A stretch of DNA of 22,466 bases from an uncultured Roseivirgaceae bacterium (GTDB lineage: Bacteria > Bacteroidota > Bacteroidia > Cytophagales > Cyclobacteriaceae): contig CAZHZR010000023.1 of assembly GCA_964537095.1 (NCBI GenBank), positions 1-22,466 of the forward strand, given 5' to 3'. Made by a program: the position numbers and the translations under genes. How positions within the stretch are numbered: the first letter of the stretch is position 1; every line of letters starts with the position of its first letter. Shown here piece after piece: positions 1 to 8,744 of this stretch. The notes below the pieces were generated by a model. The model made no database searches. It was not told where the DNA came from and saw only the letters and a program-made list of their open reading frames with translations.

Positions 1-1318
1 TCCGGATGGCAGTTTCGCTGCATCTGACACCTGCGTATTTGAAGGATCCAAACCGCAGGAAGATGTAGACGCACTCTTTTTCGATGCGGACGGCGATGGA
101 GACCTTGATTTATATGTGGTCAGTGGTGGCAGTACTTTTGAAGAAAACGCCAAGGAATACTCCGACCGTTTGTACCTTTTGAAGGAAATTAAAAACGGAT
201 TTCCTATTTATGAGCTGGCTCCTGACGCACTTCCCCACCTCAATAGAATGGGATCTTGTGTGAGAGCGGCAGATTATGACAATGATGGCGATCTCGATTT
301 ATTCATCGGAACGCGAGGTATTCCAGGCAAGTATGGAATGACCGCACCCAGCTACCTGCTACAAAATAATGGGCAAGGGAAATTTACAGACGTCACCGCC
401 AGCCTTGCCCCGCAAATGGGTTCATTAGGTATGGTAACGGATGCGGTTTGGCTGGACTATGACTCAGACGGGAATCCAGACCTGGCAGTAGTAGGAGATT
501 GGATGCCCATCGTATTGTATAAAAATAATGGCTCCACGTTGGAACGAATTTCCGTGCCAGGTCTTGAAAATACAGAAGGGTGGTGGAACAGCATTGCAGT
601 TAGCGACCTTGACAATGATGGAAATCCGGACTTGCTTGCAGGAAACTGGGGAACGAATACGAGATTTAAAACATCTAAAGAAAAGCCCTTTACACTTTAT
701 ATTAATGATTTTGACGAAAATGGCCGCCTGGATCATATTTATGGCTACTATGAAGGTGAGAAACTGTATCCGGTAGCCCAAAAGGACGACCTTATTAAAC
801 AAATTCCCAGCCTCAATAAGCAATTTATCTACTATAAAGATTACGCGGGAAAAACCATAGAACAAATATTCACAAAAGAGCAACTTAGCAATTCTTTCAT
901 TCTGAAAGTAAATACTCTGGAATCTGCCGCTGTTTTCAACAATGGTGATGGGTCGTTTTCCGTGCAGGCATTGCCTGAAACATTGCAGTTCTCCCCTATC
1001 AATGCAATTGTCTCTTCTCATTTTCGAAAAGACAAACATCCTGATTTTTTTATGGCAGGCAATTTTTCAGGGACTAAGCCCGAAGAAGGAAGATATGATG
1101 CCAATTATGGTCATCTTTTGAAATTCGAAAATGGGGAATTCACGGTGGATAATTTCAAGAAAACAGGTCTCTATGTCAGGGGAGATGTGCGAAGTGCGGG
1201 AATATTAAGGACTGCCAAGAACAGAAAACTACTCATCATTGCCAAAAATAATAAGGGCCTTGAATTTTATCAGTTTTCAAATTCAGCTTCTGGACCACTT
1301 AAACCTTTCACCGAATAA
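1..1318 (+). CDS. FG-GAP/VCBS-repeat protein of the CRTAC1 / ASPIC-UnbV type. It is 5'-partial: the reading frame is open from the window edge.
   Basis: The frame of the 116..1318 ORF stays open back to nt 2 (PDGSFAASDTCVFEGSKPQEDVDALFFDADGDGDLDLYVVSGG...). It shows repeated calcium-binding FG-GAP/VCBS motifs of the form DxDxDGxxDL-hydrophobic: FDADGDGDLDLYV, ADYDNDGDLDLFIG, LDYDSDGNPDLAVVG and SDLDNDGNPDLLAGN. The C-terminal roughly 200 aa resemble an ASPIC/UnbV-like region. The internal ORFs 464..1039(-) and 528..776(+) are shadow ORFs. Confidence 0.75.
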   Translation, partial: PDGSFAASDTCVFEGSKPQEDVDALFFDADGDGDLDLYVVSGGSTFEENAKEYSDRLYLLKEIKNGFPIYELAPDALPHLNRMGSCVRAADYDNDGDLDLFIGTRGIPGKYGMTAPSYLLQNNGQGKFTDVTASLAPQMGSLGMVTDAVWLDYDSDGNPDLAVVGDWMPIVLYKNNGSTLERISVPGLENTEGWWNSIAVSDLDNDGNPDLLAGNWGTNTRFKTSKEKPFTLYINDFDENGRLDHIYGYYEGEKLYPVAQKDDLIKQIPSLNKQFIYYKDYAGKTIEQIFTKEQLSNSFILKVNTLESAAVFNNGDGSFSVQALPETLQFSPINAIVSSHFRKDKHPDFFMAGNFSGTKPEEGRYDANYGHLLKFENGEFTVDNFKKTGLYVRGDVRSAGILRTAKNRKLLIIAKNNKGLEFYQFSNSASGPLKPFTE

Positions 1319-1460
1319 AAATCTCTACAAACAGAAGCAGGTCCCATAAAAAATCAAATTACGGTAGACCGAGGCAAAAGGTTTTGAAAAAGTTACAATA
1401 AATCAACTTCTTTTACTAAATTTAAGATCGAAAATTACGGGTTCTCCCAGAAAACGCCTA

Positions 1461-2858
1461 GTGACTATTGCTATGATAAAATTCAAACCGAAATACCTGC
1501 AAAAATTTGCCGCTGCTATTTGCCTTTCCTTATTTGCTGGGCTATCTGCCTGTACAAACAAAGAAAAGATTGAAGTATCACTTGATAATCCAGAGATCTT
1601 GCATCAAGCGCAGGAAAAGCTCACGGATGTTATCGTTCATGACATTTTTTCACCGCCCGTATCCAGCAGAATATATGCTTATGCCAACATAGCTGCTTAT
1701 GAAACTTTAATTCATGCACATGAGGAATATACCTCGCTGGCGGGGCAATTGAATGGTCTTGCAGAACTGCCGAAGCCAGACGCCGCGAAAGAAATAGATT
1801 TTTCGCTTGCCAGTTTACATGCCTTTCTAACCGTAAGTAAAGCGTTGATATTTTCAGAATACCAGCTAAAGGAATATCAAGAACACGTTTACGACAGCCT
1901 TTCTGCTTCGATAAAAAAGGATCTTTTTGAAAACTCCGTTGAGTATGGAGGAACAGTCGCCAAAGCAATTCTAGACCATGCTAAAAAAGACAATTATGCT
2001 CAAACAAGGGGCTTAAAATATACAGTCTTAAAAGAACCTGGAGCATGGGCTCCTACCCCCCCTTCCTATATGGATGCTGTCGAACCTTATTGGAACAAGA
2101 TCAGACCTTTTGTGATGGATTCTGCCAGCCAGTTTATGCCTGCGCGGCCTCCTGTTTTTTCTATGCAAGAAGACAGTACATTCTACAAAGATGTATACCA
2201 GGTTTATACAACAACAAAAAATCTAACCGATGAACAGAAGGAAATTGCTTCCTTCTGGGACTGTAACCCATTTGTAATGCACACCGTTGGGCACGTAATG
2301 TATGCCACAAAGAAAATATCTCCCGGTGGCCACTGGTTGGGTATTACCAGTATAGCCAATAAAAAAACCAATGCAAGTTTCATGAAATCGCTGGAGGCCT
2401 ATACACTGGTGGCAATAGCATTGTCTGATGGCTTTGTGAGTTGTTGGGATGAAAAATTTAGAAGCCATGTAATCAGACCAGAAACTATCATTAATTCCCA
2501 TATTGATGACCAATGGCTCCCAATCTTACAAACACCGCCATTTCCGGAATACCCAAGCGGGCACAGCGTCATTTCTGCCGCCGCGGCTGTGGTTCTTACT
2601 GATCTGTTTGGAGATAATTTTAGCTATGTCGACTCTACAGAAGTAAAATATGGACTGCCAGCTCGAGCTTATAATTCGTTTACGGAAGCTGCCGAAGAAG
2701 CAGCAATAAGCAGATTGTACGGGGGTATCCACTTTATGCCTGCAATTAAAAATGGAATGGCAGGAGGAAAACAAGTGGGAGAAAAAGTAGTGGCTGATCT
2801 AAAAACAAGAGTAGAGCCTCAATCTAAAATGATCTCTTCGCACGGAGGTGAAGATTAA
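1461..2858 (+). CDS. PAP2-superfamily lipoprotein resembling vanadium-dependent haloperoxidases or acid phosphatases.
   Basis: The N-terminus has a signal peptide with a lipobox (LFAGLSAC). The three PAP2 signature motifs are present in order: KFRSHVIRPET (KxxxxxxRP), YPSGHS (PSGH) and SRLYGGIHF (SRxxxxxH). The length and spacing fit the bacterial vanadium haloperoxidase-like branch of PAP2. Confidence 0.8.
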   Translation: MTIAMIKFKPKYLQKFAAAICLSLFAGLSACTNKEKIEVSLDNPEILHQAQEKLTDVIVHDIFSPPVSSRIYAYANIAAYETLIHAHEEYTSLAGQLNGLAELPKPDAAKEIDFSLASLHAFLTVSKALIFSEYQLKEYQEHVYDSLSASIKKDLFENSVEYGGTVAKAILDHAKKDNYAQTRGLKYTVLKEPGAWAPTPPSYMDAVEPYWNKIRPFVMDSASQFMPARPPVFSMQEDSTFYKDVYQVYTTTKNLTDEQKEIASFWDCNPFVMHTVGHVMYATKKISPGGHWLGITSIANKKTNASFMKSLEAYTLVAIALSDGFVSCWDEKFRSHVIRPETIINSHIDDQWLPILQTPPFPEYPSGHSVISAAAAVVLTDLFGDNFSYVDSTEVKYGLPARAYNSFTEAAEEAAISRLYGGIHFMPAIKNGMAGGKQVGEKVVADLKTRVEPQSKMISSHGGED

Positions 2859-2913
2859 TCGGTGTGCGCCGTTCACGTTTAAAAGCCCTGCAAAAGGGAT
2901 AAAATATACAACA

Positions 2914-2957
2914 AAAACATCGGTAGATCTTGCATTATTGCGCCCTGCCGATGTTTT
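2914..2957 (+). terminator. Inverted repeat aaaacatcgg / ccgatgtttt (10-bp arms, roughly 24-nt loop), about 55 nt downstream of the PAP2 gene stop. It may be a terminator.
   Basis: Arms at 2914-2923 and 2948-2957 are perfect reverse complements, and the 3' arm ends in TTTT. The loop is long for a canonical intrinsic terminator, so confidence is low. Confidence 0.25.
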
Positions 2958-3051
2958 GATTATAATTCTTTTGATTCTTTCACGCGAATTAGATCAGTAA
3001 ACTACCCGTTCGCTTTGGATGATTTAACAACGGAAACCGAAGGACATAGCC

Positions 3052-5010
3052 ATGTATCTGCAGCTTTATATCAGATTGTCCGTAATGCTTTCGTTCTTTA
3101 TGATCTTCTGCGCCAAGGTCATTGCTCAGAATTCAATTTACATACATGACAGCGTTCCTGAAAGAATATATTCTTTACAGAATCTAGCCTATTTCGAGGA
3201 TACTACCAGTAGCCTTCAATTTGAACAGGTATCTTCTCAACAATTCGCTAAAAATTTCGTCATCAACCCTGCCTTTTCGAACAAGCAGTACAATAAGTCG
3301 TCCACCTACTGGATAAAACTAGTCATCCGTCATAATCCTGCCTCAAAAAAGTTATGGTTATTGGAATTCTACGACCAGACGATTGATAATATCGATGCGT
3401 ACATTCCTGACGAGGAAGGAGGTTATCAAAGAATCGAGATGGGGGACAAACTCAATTTTGAATCCCGCACATTCATCCACAAAAACTTTGAGCTCATTCT
3501 TCACAATGAAGACAACAAGGTGCTGACGTATTACTTCAAAATTTCGTCACACAACTTTGCGGATATCAGAATAGCCGTTCGTTCCCTTGACAGATTCATT
3601 TTTTATGCGCTTAATGAATACTTTCTGTACGGATTGTTCTATGGGATGATCTTGATATTAAGTTTGTATAATCTCCTTATGTTTTTTGCCATACGAGAAA
3701 TCAAATATATCTACTATATATTTTATCTGTTAAGTGTAGGTATTTATGTAATGTGCGTAGACGGTATCGCATTTCAGTATCTCTGGCCCAACAGCCCGAA
3801 TTGGAATCAAATGGCATATGGTGTGTTCCTGTATTCTGTCATTTTATGGTCTCTTCTGTTCAGCAAAAGATTTCTCAATTCCAAAGCGACGGCACCTTTC
3901 TTGAATAAATTGATCAACTATACCATTATTGTCCGGAGCATCGTATTCTTAACGGGCATATTTTATAATGAGATCTTTGAATATCGGGTGATCGAGCTTT
4001 TCCCCCTTGTTTTGATATTCTTTACCAGCATCTATGTGCTGATCCAGGGGTTTAAACCAGCCAGGTTCTTTGTGATAGCTTACGGGCTTTTGTTTCTTGG
4101 ATTCTTTATAAAAGCTCTGGTTAACGCTGGCTTTCTTCCATTCGGTATTATCCAATATTACAGCCTGCACATAAGCTTCTTGTTGGAAATGCTCTTCCTT
4201 TCCTTCGCCTTGGGAGACCGCGTCAGAATCCTGAAACACAAACGTGACAGAGCTCAACTACGTATCATTCAGCAGCATGAGCTGAATGTAACATTAAAAG
4301 AGCAAATAAATCAGGAGCTGAAACTCAATATGGAGCTTAAAGATAAAGTAAACCGCGAGCTTGAAGAAAAAGTAAAAGAAAGAACAATAGAATTGAAGGG
4401 TAAAAATCAACTTCTGGAAGAATCGAATCTTAAATTGCTACAACAGGCCAAGGAGATTAATCAGATAAATTCTATGCTTGATCTGGACAATTGGAAATTG
4501 AAGAACAATGTTAAGGAGGGCCTGGTAGATCGATTTTTGAATAAAAAACTTGAGTTCGACGAGTTCAAAAAAATATTTCCCGACAAACTGGCTTGTTACA
4601 GGTATTTAGAGAGAATAAAGTGGGAGAAAGGGTTTTCGTGCCGAAAGTGTAACAATGATAAGTATTTTGATGGCATTAAAAAGTTTTCCAGAAGATGCAC
4701 CAAATGTGGGTATAATGAATCCATAACCGCCTACACTATTTTCCATGGAATAAAATTTCCCGTTGAAAAAGCCTTTTACATCACGTATCTGGTCATAAGT
4801 GGAAGTACGGCCTTAACACTTGAAGAAATCTCATCTCTGTTATCCCTAAGAGTAAACACCATCTGGAATTTCAAGAACAAAGTTCTGAACCTCAACAAAA
4901 ATTCTGAAACAAAAAACTCCATCACTGCCGAATGGTACAACCTTCTCGTTGATAAAAAACCGCGGAGAAAATCACATAAACAAAAGCTGGCGAGTCAAAG
5001 TATAGAATAA
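3052..5010 (+). CDS. Membrane one-component sensor/regulator. It combines a 7TMR-DISM extracellular domain, seven TM helices, a coiled coil and a C4 zinc-ribbon plus HTH module of the IS1595-transposase N-terminal type.
   Basis: There is an N-terminal signal peptide. A beta-rich roughly 150-aa extracellular domain (7TMR-DISMED2-like) is followed by seven hydrophobic helices between about aa 185 and 390 (FYALNEYFLYGLFYGMILILSLYNLLMFF ... FLLEMLFLSFALGD). A strongly charged heptad coiled coil spans about aa 395-500. Then comes CRKCNNDKYF...CTKCGYNESITAYTIFHGIKFPVEKAFYITYLVISGSTALTLEEISSLL, which matches the Zn-ribbon + HTH N-terminal module of IS1595/ISXO2 transposases (FxCPKCG...C..C...TxGTIFH..KLPL.KWF.AIYL). 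No DDE domain follows. Confidence 0.75.
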   Translation: MYLQLYIRLSVMLSFFMIFCAKVIAQNSIYIHDSVPERIYSLQNLAYFEDTTSSLQFEQVSSQQFAKNFVINPAFSNKQYNKSSTYWIKLVIRHNPASKKLWLLEFYDQTIDNIDAYIPDEEGGYQRIEMGDKLNFESRTFIHKNFELILHNEDNKVLTYYFKISSHNFADIRIAVRSLDRFIFYALNEYFLYGLFYGMILILSLYNLLMFFAIREIKYIYYIFYLLSVGIYVMCVDGIAFQYLWPNSPNWNQMAYGVFLYSVILWSLLFSKRFLNSKATAPFLNKLINYTIIVRSIVFLTGIFYNEIFEYRVIELFPLVLIFFTSIYVLIQGFKPARFFVIAYGLLFLGFFIKALVNAGFLPFGIIQYYSLHISFLLEMLFLSFALGDRVRILKHKRDRAQLRIIQQHELNVTLKEQINQELKLNMELKDKVNRELEEKVKERTIELKGKNQLLEESNLKLLQQAKEINQINSMLDLDNWKLKNNVKEGLVDRFLNKKLEFDEFKKIFPDKLACYRYLERIKWEKGFSCRKCNNDKYFDGIKKFSRRCTKCGYNESITAYTIFHGIKFPVEKAFYITYLVISGSTALTLEEISSLLSLRVNTIWNFKNKVLNLNKNSETKNSITAEWYNLLVDKKPRRKSHKQKLASQSIE

Positions 5011-5306
5011 ATCAGTAGGACCACTTGCATGTTATCAAAATGGCAAGGGAAATACAAGTTCGCCGATAAAATTCAATTCCTGAAAGAAACAGGTGTTTTT
5101 ATTGCGTTAAATGTTGTCTGATAAAGGTTGAATCAGGATCTGATAATCAGGCATTTTCCCGAATTTATTTAACTAATCTTGGGCAATTGATTTAGATTTG
5201 AAACCAGGTCTAAAATTTAATCTTTAAAGTTTGTGACCGGCAACGATTGTACCCTTTGCTCTTTCAAGAATTACCAAAGGCAGGGATTCTATCCTTATCT
5301 AATTTT

Positions 5307-7277
5307 ATGAAAAGACTTATTCTATTATTTTTTATATTATCGATCTATAGTTGCAAAAGTGACGACCAGGAAGATACAGTTAATGATCTAACCATTGAAT
5401 CTATAAGCGTAGGTTCCACCTATCTCCAACCTGACGGACAGCATCATAATGTTCCCACCAACCTGGCCATTGTGATGAAGTTTAATTTTACCATTGAACG
5501 TTCCTCTGTAGATCAAAACATCAAACTCCTGGATAGCGACGGAAAGCCGATTGGCCTGGCTTTCTCATATTCCAATGAAGATAAAACTATTTCTGCACTT
5601 CCGAGCTCAGAACTTGCGAACAATAGCGAGTACACCTTGCAGGTGGGACCGGTAAAGGCTGCCAATGGAGTTGAGTTCGCAGGAGCAAATTTTTCCTTCC
5701 GCACAGGACAGGCCATGCTTCGGCTGGAGTTAATTCAAATCGATGACCAAAGCTTAAACAGTTCCGGTAGAATCCTGGATGTGAACAGAGATTTTCTGAT
5801 TACAGCTAAGTTTTCAAATGCATTAAACAGCACCAGCTCTTTTGCCGATGTTGTTGCCATTAGCGGTAAAAATGGCAGTATAGACCTGAACTTTGAGCTA
5901 TCAGACAATAACAAGACTTTGCTCATAAGGCCTGCTTCTGAATTGGAAGGATTGTCAAAGTATACACTAGATATCTCTGATGAATTGGGCGGGGATGAAG
6001 AATTTATTTTCGATGGTTTTAGCAAGCAGTTTTATACTGCGGTGGATTCCACTCCAAAGTTTCCAAAGCTTTCCGATGAAGATCTGTTGACGCTGGTACA
6101 GGAGCAGACATTTAGATATTTCTGGGATTTCGCACATCCTTCCAGTGGTTTAGCGAGAGAAAGAAACAGTTCCGGAGACATTGTCACCTCGGGCGGCTCA
6201 GGATTTGGTATCATGACCATACCCGTAGGCATAGAAAGAGGTTTTATTACAAGGAAAGAAGGTGTGGAACGCATTGAAAAAATCGTGGACTTCCTTACTG
6301 CTGCTGAACGGTTTCATGGCGCATGGCCACACTGGCTAGATGGGGTAACTGGAAAAGTAGTACCGTTTAGCACCAAAGACAATGGTGCCGATTTGGTGGA
6401 AACCGCTTTTCTGGTACAAGGTCTACTCACGGTTCGGCAATACCTTCGCGAATCGGATTTACAGGAAGCTTCCATTATTGATAAAATTAACTTTTTATGG
6501 GAAACCGTAGAATGGGACTGGTTTACCAAAGGCGGCGAAAGTATTCTCTACTGGCACTGGTCACCAAACTACGGTTGGGAGATGAACCATCACGTCGCCG
6601 GCTGGGATGAATCACTCATCGTGTATGTACTTGCCGCTTCCTCTCCTACCCACAGCATCGATGCCGAAGTTTACCATCAAGGCTGGGCTGGCAATGGAAA
6701 TATGGCAAATGGTAAAGAATTCTATGATATTACGCTGCCCCTGGGTCCGGATTATGGAGGTCCTATGTTCTTCTCCCACTATTCATTTTTGGGTTTAGAT
6801 CCCAGAAACCTGGAAGACACTTACGCTAAATACTGGGACCAGAATGTGAGTCATGCCCTGATCAACCAGCATCACGCTGTTGCCAACCCAAAAGACTATG
6901 TTGGATATAGTGCGGCCAGTTGGGGCTTTACAGCCAGCGACAATCACAGTGGCTATTCGGCCCACTCACCATCCAATGATCTCGGTGTCATTACTCCAAC
7001 GGCTGCTTTGTCTTCCATGCCTTATACTCCGGAGCTTTCCATGGAGGCGCTTCATTATTTTTATTACGTCATGGGCGATAAGCTTTGGGGCGAATATGGC
7101 TTTTATGATGCTTACAATCCTACCGAAGACTGGTATGCAGACTCTTACCTGGCAATAGACCAAGGCCCCATAATTTTAATGATAGAAAACTACCAGACAG
7201 GGCTGCTTTGGGATTTGTTTATGTCAAATCCTGAAATAAAAAATGGTTTGGAAAAACTGAGTTTTTCGAGCTTTTAA
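5307..7277 (+). CDS. Secreted lipoprotein with two N-terminal SbsA-type Ig-like domains and a DUF3131/GH144-like catalytic domain of the endo-beta-1,2-glucanase family, often annotated as 'glucoamylase family protein'.
   Basis: The ORF track starts at 5247, but the lipoprotein signal MKRLILLFFILSIYSC begins at 5307, so that is the more likely start. Two roughly 100-aa beta-rich repeats end in ...FSFRT and ...FSKQFYT, a pattern typical of SbsA Ig-like domains. The C-terminal 430 aa are clearly paralogous to the next gene (FRYFWDFAHPSSGLARER..SGGSGFGIMTIPVGIERGFITR...ERFHGAWPHWLDGVTGKV...DLVETAFLVQGL...GLDPRNL). The GH144 family assignment is from memory of DUF3131 proteins, not from a search. 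Confidence 0.65.
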   Translation: MKRLILLFFILSIYSCKSDDQEDTVNDLTIESISVGSTYLQPDGQHHNVPTNLAIVMKFNFTIERSSVDQNIKLLDSDGKPIGLAFSYSNEDKTISALPSSELANNSEYTLQVGPVKAANGVEFAGANFSFRTGQAMLRLELIQIDDQSLNSSGRILDVNRDFLITAKFSNALNSTSSFADVVAISGKNGSIDLNFELSDNNKTLLIRPASELEGLSKYTLDISDELGGDEEFIFDGFSKQFYTAVDSTPKFPKLSDEDLLTLVQEQTFRYFWDFAHPSSGLARERNSSGDIVTSGGSGFGIMTIPVGIERGFITRKEGVERIEKIVDFLTAAERFHGAWPHWLDGVTGKVVPFSTKDNGADLVETAFLVQGLLTVRQYLRESDLQEASIIDKINFLWETVEWDWFTKGGESILYWHWSPNYGWEMNHHVAGWDESLIVYVLAASSPTHSIDAEVYHQGWAGNGNMANGKEFYDITLPLGPDYGGPMFFSHYSFLGLDPRNLEDTYAKYWDQNVSHALINQHHAVANPKDYVGYSAASWGFTASDNHSGYSAHSPSNDLGVITPTAALSSMPYTPELSMEALHYFYYVMGDKLWGEYGFYDAYNPTEDWYADSYLAIDQGPIILMIENYQTGLLWDLFMSNPEIKNGLEKLSFSSF

Positions 7278-7344
7278 TACCAGAGGGTACTACGCCGGAT
7301 AATGACTTCGTGAAAGAAAATTTGAGATCTAAAACTCATAAACT

Positions 7345-8706
7345 ATGAAAAAACAATTTATGCTCCTTTTTACAATTTGCGCAGGAATGTTTGCCGCCTG
7401 CACCGGTACTAAAACCGAAGAAAGAGGAGAAGAAACAAACATTGCTGTGGGTATTGATAGTATTTCCAATGACTCTTTGCTCAACCTGGTACAATATCAG
7501 ACATTTCAATATTTCTACGAGAATGGAGAACCTACTTCGGGTCTGGGGCGGGAAAGAACGCATATGGATGGAGAATACCCTCAAAATGATCAAAATGTAA
7601 TAACTACTGGCGGTTCTGGATTTGGTATAATGGCACTTATCGTAGGAATTGAAAGAGGCTTTATCACGCGTGATCAAGGTGTAAAACGTTTTCAGCGAAT
7701 TGTCAACTTTTTGGATACCGTAGAACGCTTCCATGGTGTATGGTCGCATTGGATAGATGGTGAAACAGGAAAAGTGAAAGCATTTAGCAAAAAAGATAAT
7801 GGTGGCGATCTGGTCGAAACTGCCTTCCTTGTCCAGGGGCTGATCACGGCGCGAGAATATTTAAAGACCGGGAATGAGGAAGAAAAAGCCCTGGCCAGCA
7901 AAATTGATGGGCTGTGGAGAGGTGTTGAATGGGACTGGTATACCAAAGGAGAGGATGTACTGTATTGGCACTGGTCTCCGGAGTATGAGTGGGAGATGAA
8001 CTTCCCCATTGGAGGCTATAACGAATGCCTGATCACTTATGTATTAGCAGCCTCCTCGCCTACCTATCCCATTGACCCAGCAGTTTACCATAAAGGATGG
8101 GCTAGAAATGATTCAATCATGAACGATACCACTATTTACGGCTATGAAACCGTATTGGACTATTACGAATACAGCGATGAACCGGTTGGTCCATTGTTCT
8201 GGGCGCAATATTCCTTTCTGGGATTGGATCCGCGGAATCTTAAAGATAAATATGCAGATTATTGGAAGCTGGTTCAGAATCATGCGCTGATTAATTATGA
8301 GCATGCTGTACAGAACCCACACAACTACGAAGGATATGGCCAAAAAGTATGGGGCCTCACCGCAAGTTATTCACCCGATGAAGGATACGCCAATCACATG
8401 CCTACACACGACCTTGGCGTCATCTCACCCACTGCCGCCTTATCCTCCTTCCCCTATACACCAGAACAAAGCATGGCATTTTTGCGATTTTTATATACAG
8501 AGGCTGACACCCTGGTAGGAGCTTATGGCCCTTACGATGCTTTTAGCATTGAAAAAAATTGGTACACCCCGCGCTACCTGGCGCTGGATCAGGGAACGAT
8601 TCCTGTCATGATTGAAAACCATCGGACCGGTTTACTTTGGGATCTATTTATGTCGGCCCCTGAGATCGAAACTGGTCTTAAAAAGCTAGGGTTTACATCC
8701 TACTGA
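7345..8706 (+). CDS. DUF3131/GH144-like glycoside hydrolase lipoprotein, a paralogue of the upstream gene.
   Basis: It has a lipoprotein signal, MKKQFMLLFTICAGMFAAC. It shares conserved blocks with the 5307..7277 product along its whole length: YQTFQYFYENGEPTSGLGRER, TGGSGFGIMALIVGIERGFITR, ERFHGVWSHWIDGETGKV, DLVETAFLVQGL, WHWSPEYEWEMN and GLDPRNLKDKYADYW. Confidence 0.7.
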   Translation: MKKQFMLLFTICAGMFAACTGTKTEERGEETNIAVGIDSISNDSLLNLVQYQTFQYFYENGEPTSGLGRERTHMDGEYPQNDQNVITTGGSGFGIMALIVGIERGFITRDQGVKRFQRIVNFLDTVERFHGVWSHWIDGETGKVKAFSKKDNGGDLVETAFLVQGLITAREYLKTGNEEEKALASKIDGLWRGVEWDWYTKGEDVLYWHWSPEYEWEMNFPIGGYNECLITYVLAASSPTYPIDPAVYHKGWARNDSIMNDTTIYGYETVLDYYEYSDEPVGPLFWAQYSFLGLDPRNLKDKYADYWKLVQNHALINYEHAVQNPHNYEGYGQKVWGLTASYSPDEGYANHMPTHDLGVISPTAALSSFPYTPEQSMAFLRFLYTEADTLVGAYGPYDAFSIEKNWYTPRYLALDQGTIPVMIENHRTGLLWDLFMSAPEIETGLKKLGFTSY

Positions 8707-8744
8707 GTTACTGAATTATTGATTTTGTTAAAAAGCCACTTGAC

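Noticed and set aside
464-1039. Minus-strand ORF of 191 aa and plus-strand ORF 528..776 inside the CRTAC1-like gene.
   Set aside because: They are shadow ORFs embedded within a well-supported repeat-domain CDS. Their low-complexity, Cys/Phe-rich translations have no recognisable motifs.
4560-4900. Possible IS1595-family insertion sequence or transposase fragment.
   Set aside because: Only the N-terminal Zn-ribbon/HTH module is present. It is in frame as the C-terminus of the 7TM receptor, with no DDE domain, no separate ORF and no flanking inverted repeats. I interpret it as a domesticated DNA-binding domain, not a mobile element or pseudogene.
364-5052. 12-nt exact repeat ggcaagggaaat, present at 364-375 and 5041-5052.
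   Set aside because: Chance 12-mer matches are expected several times in a 22 kb window. One copy is coding and the other intergenic, with no flanking similarity.
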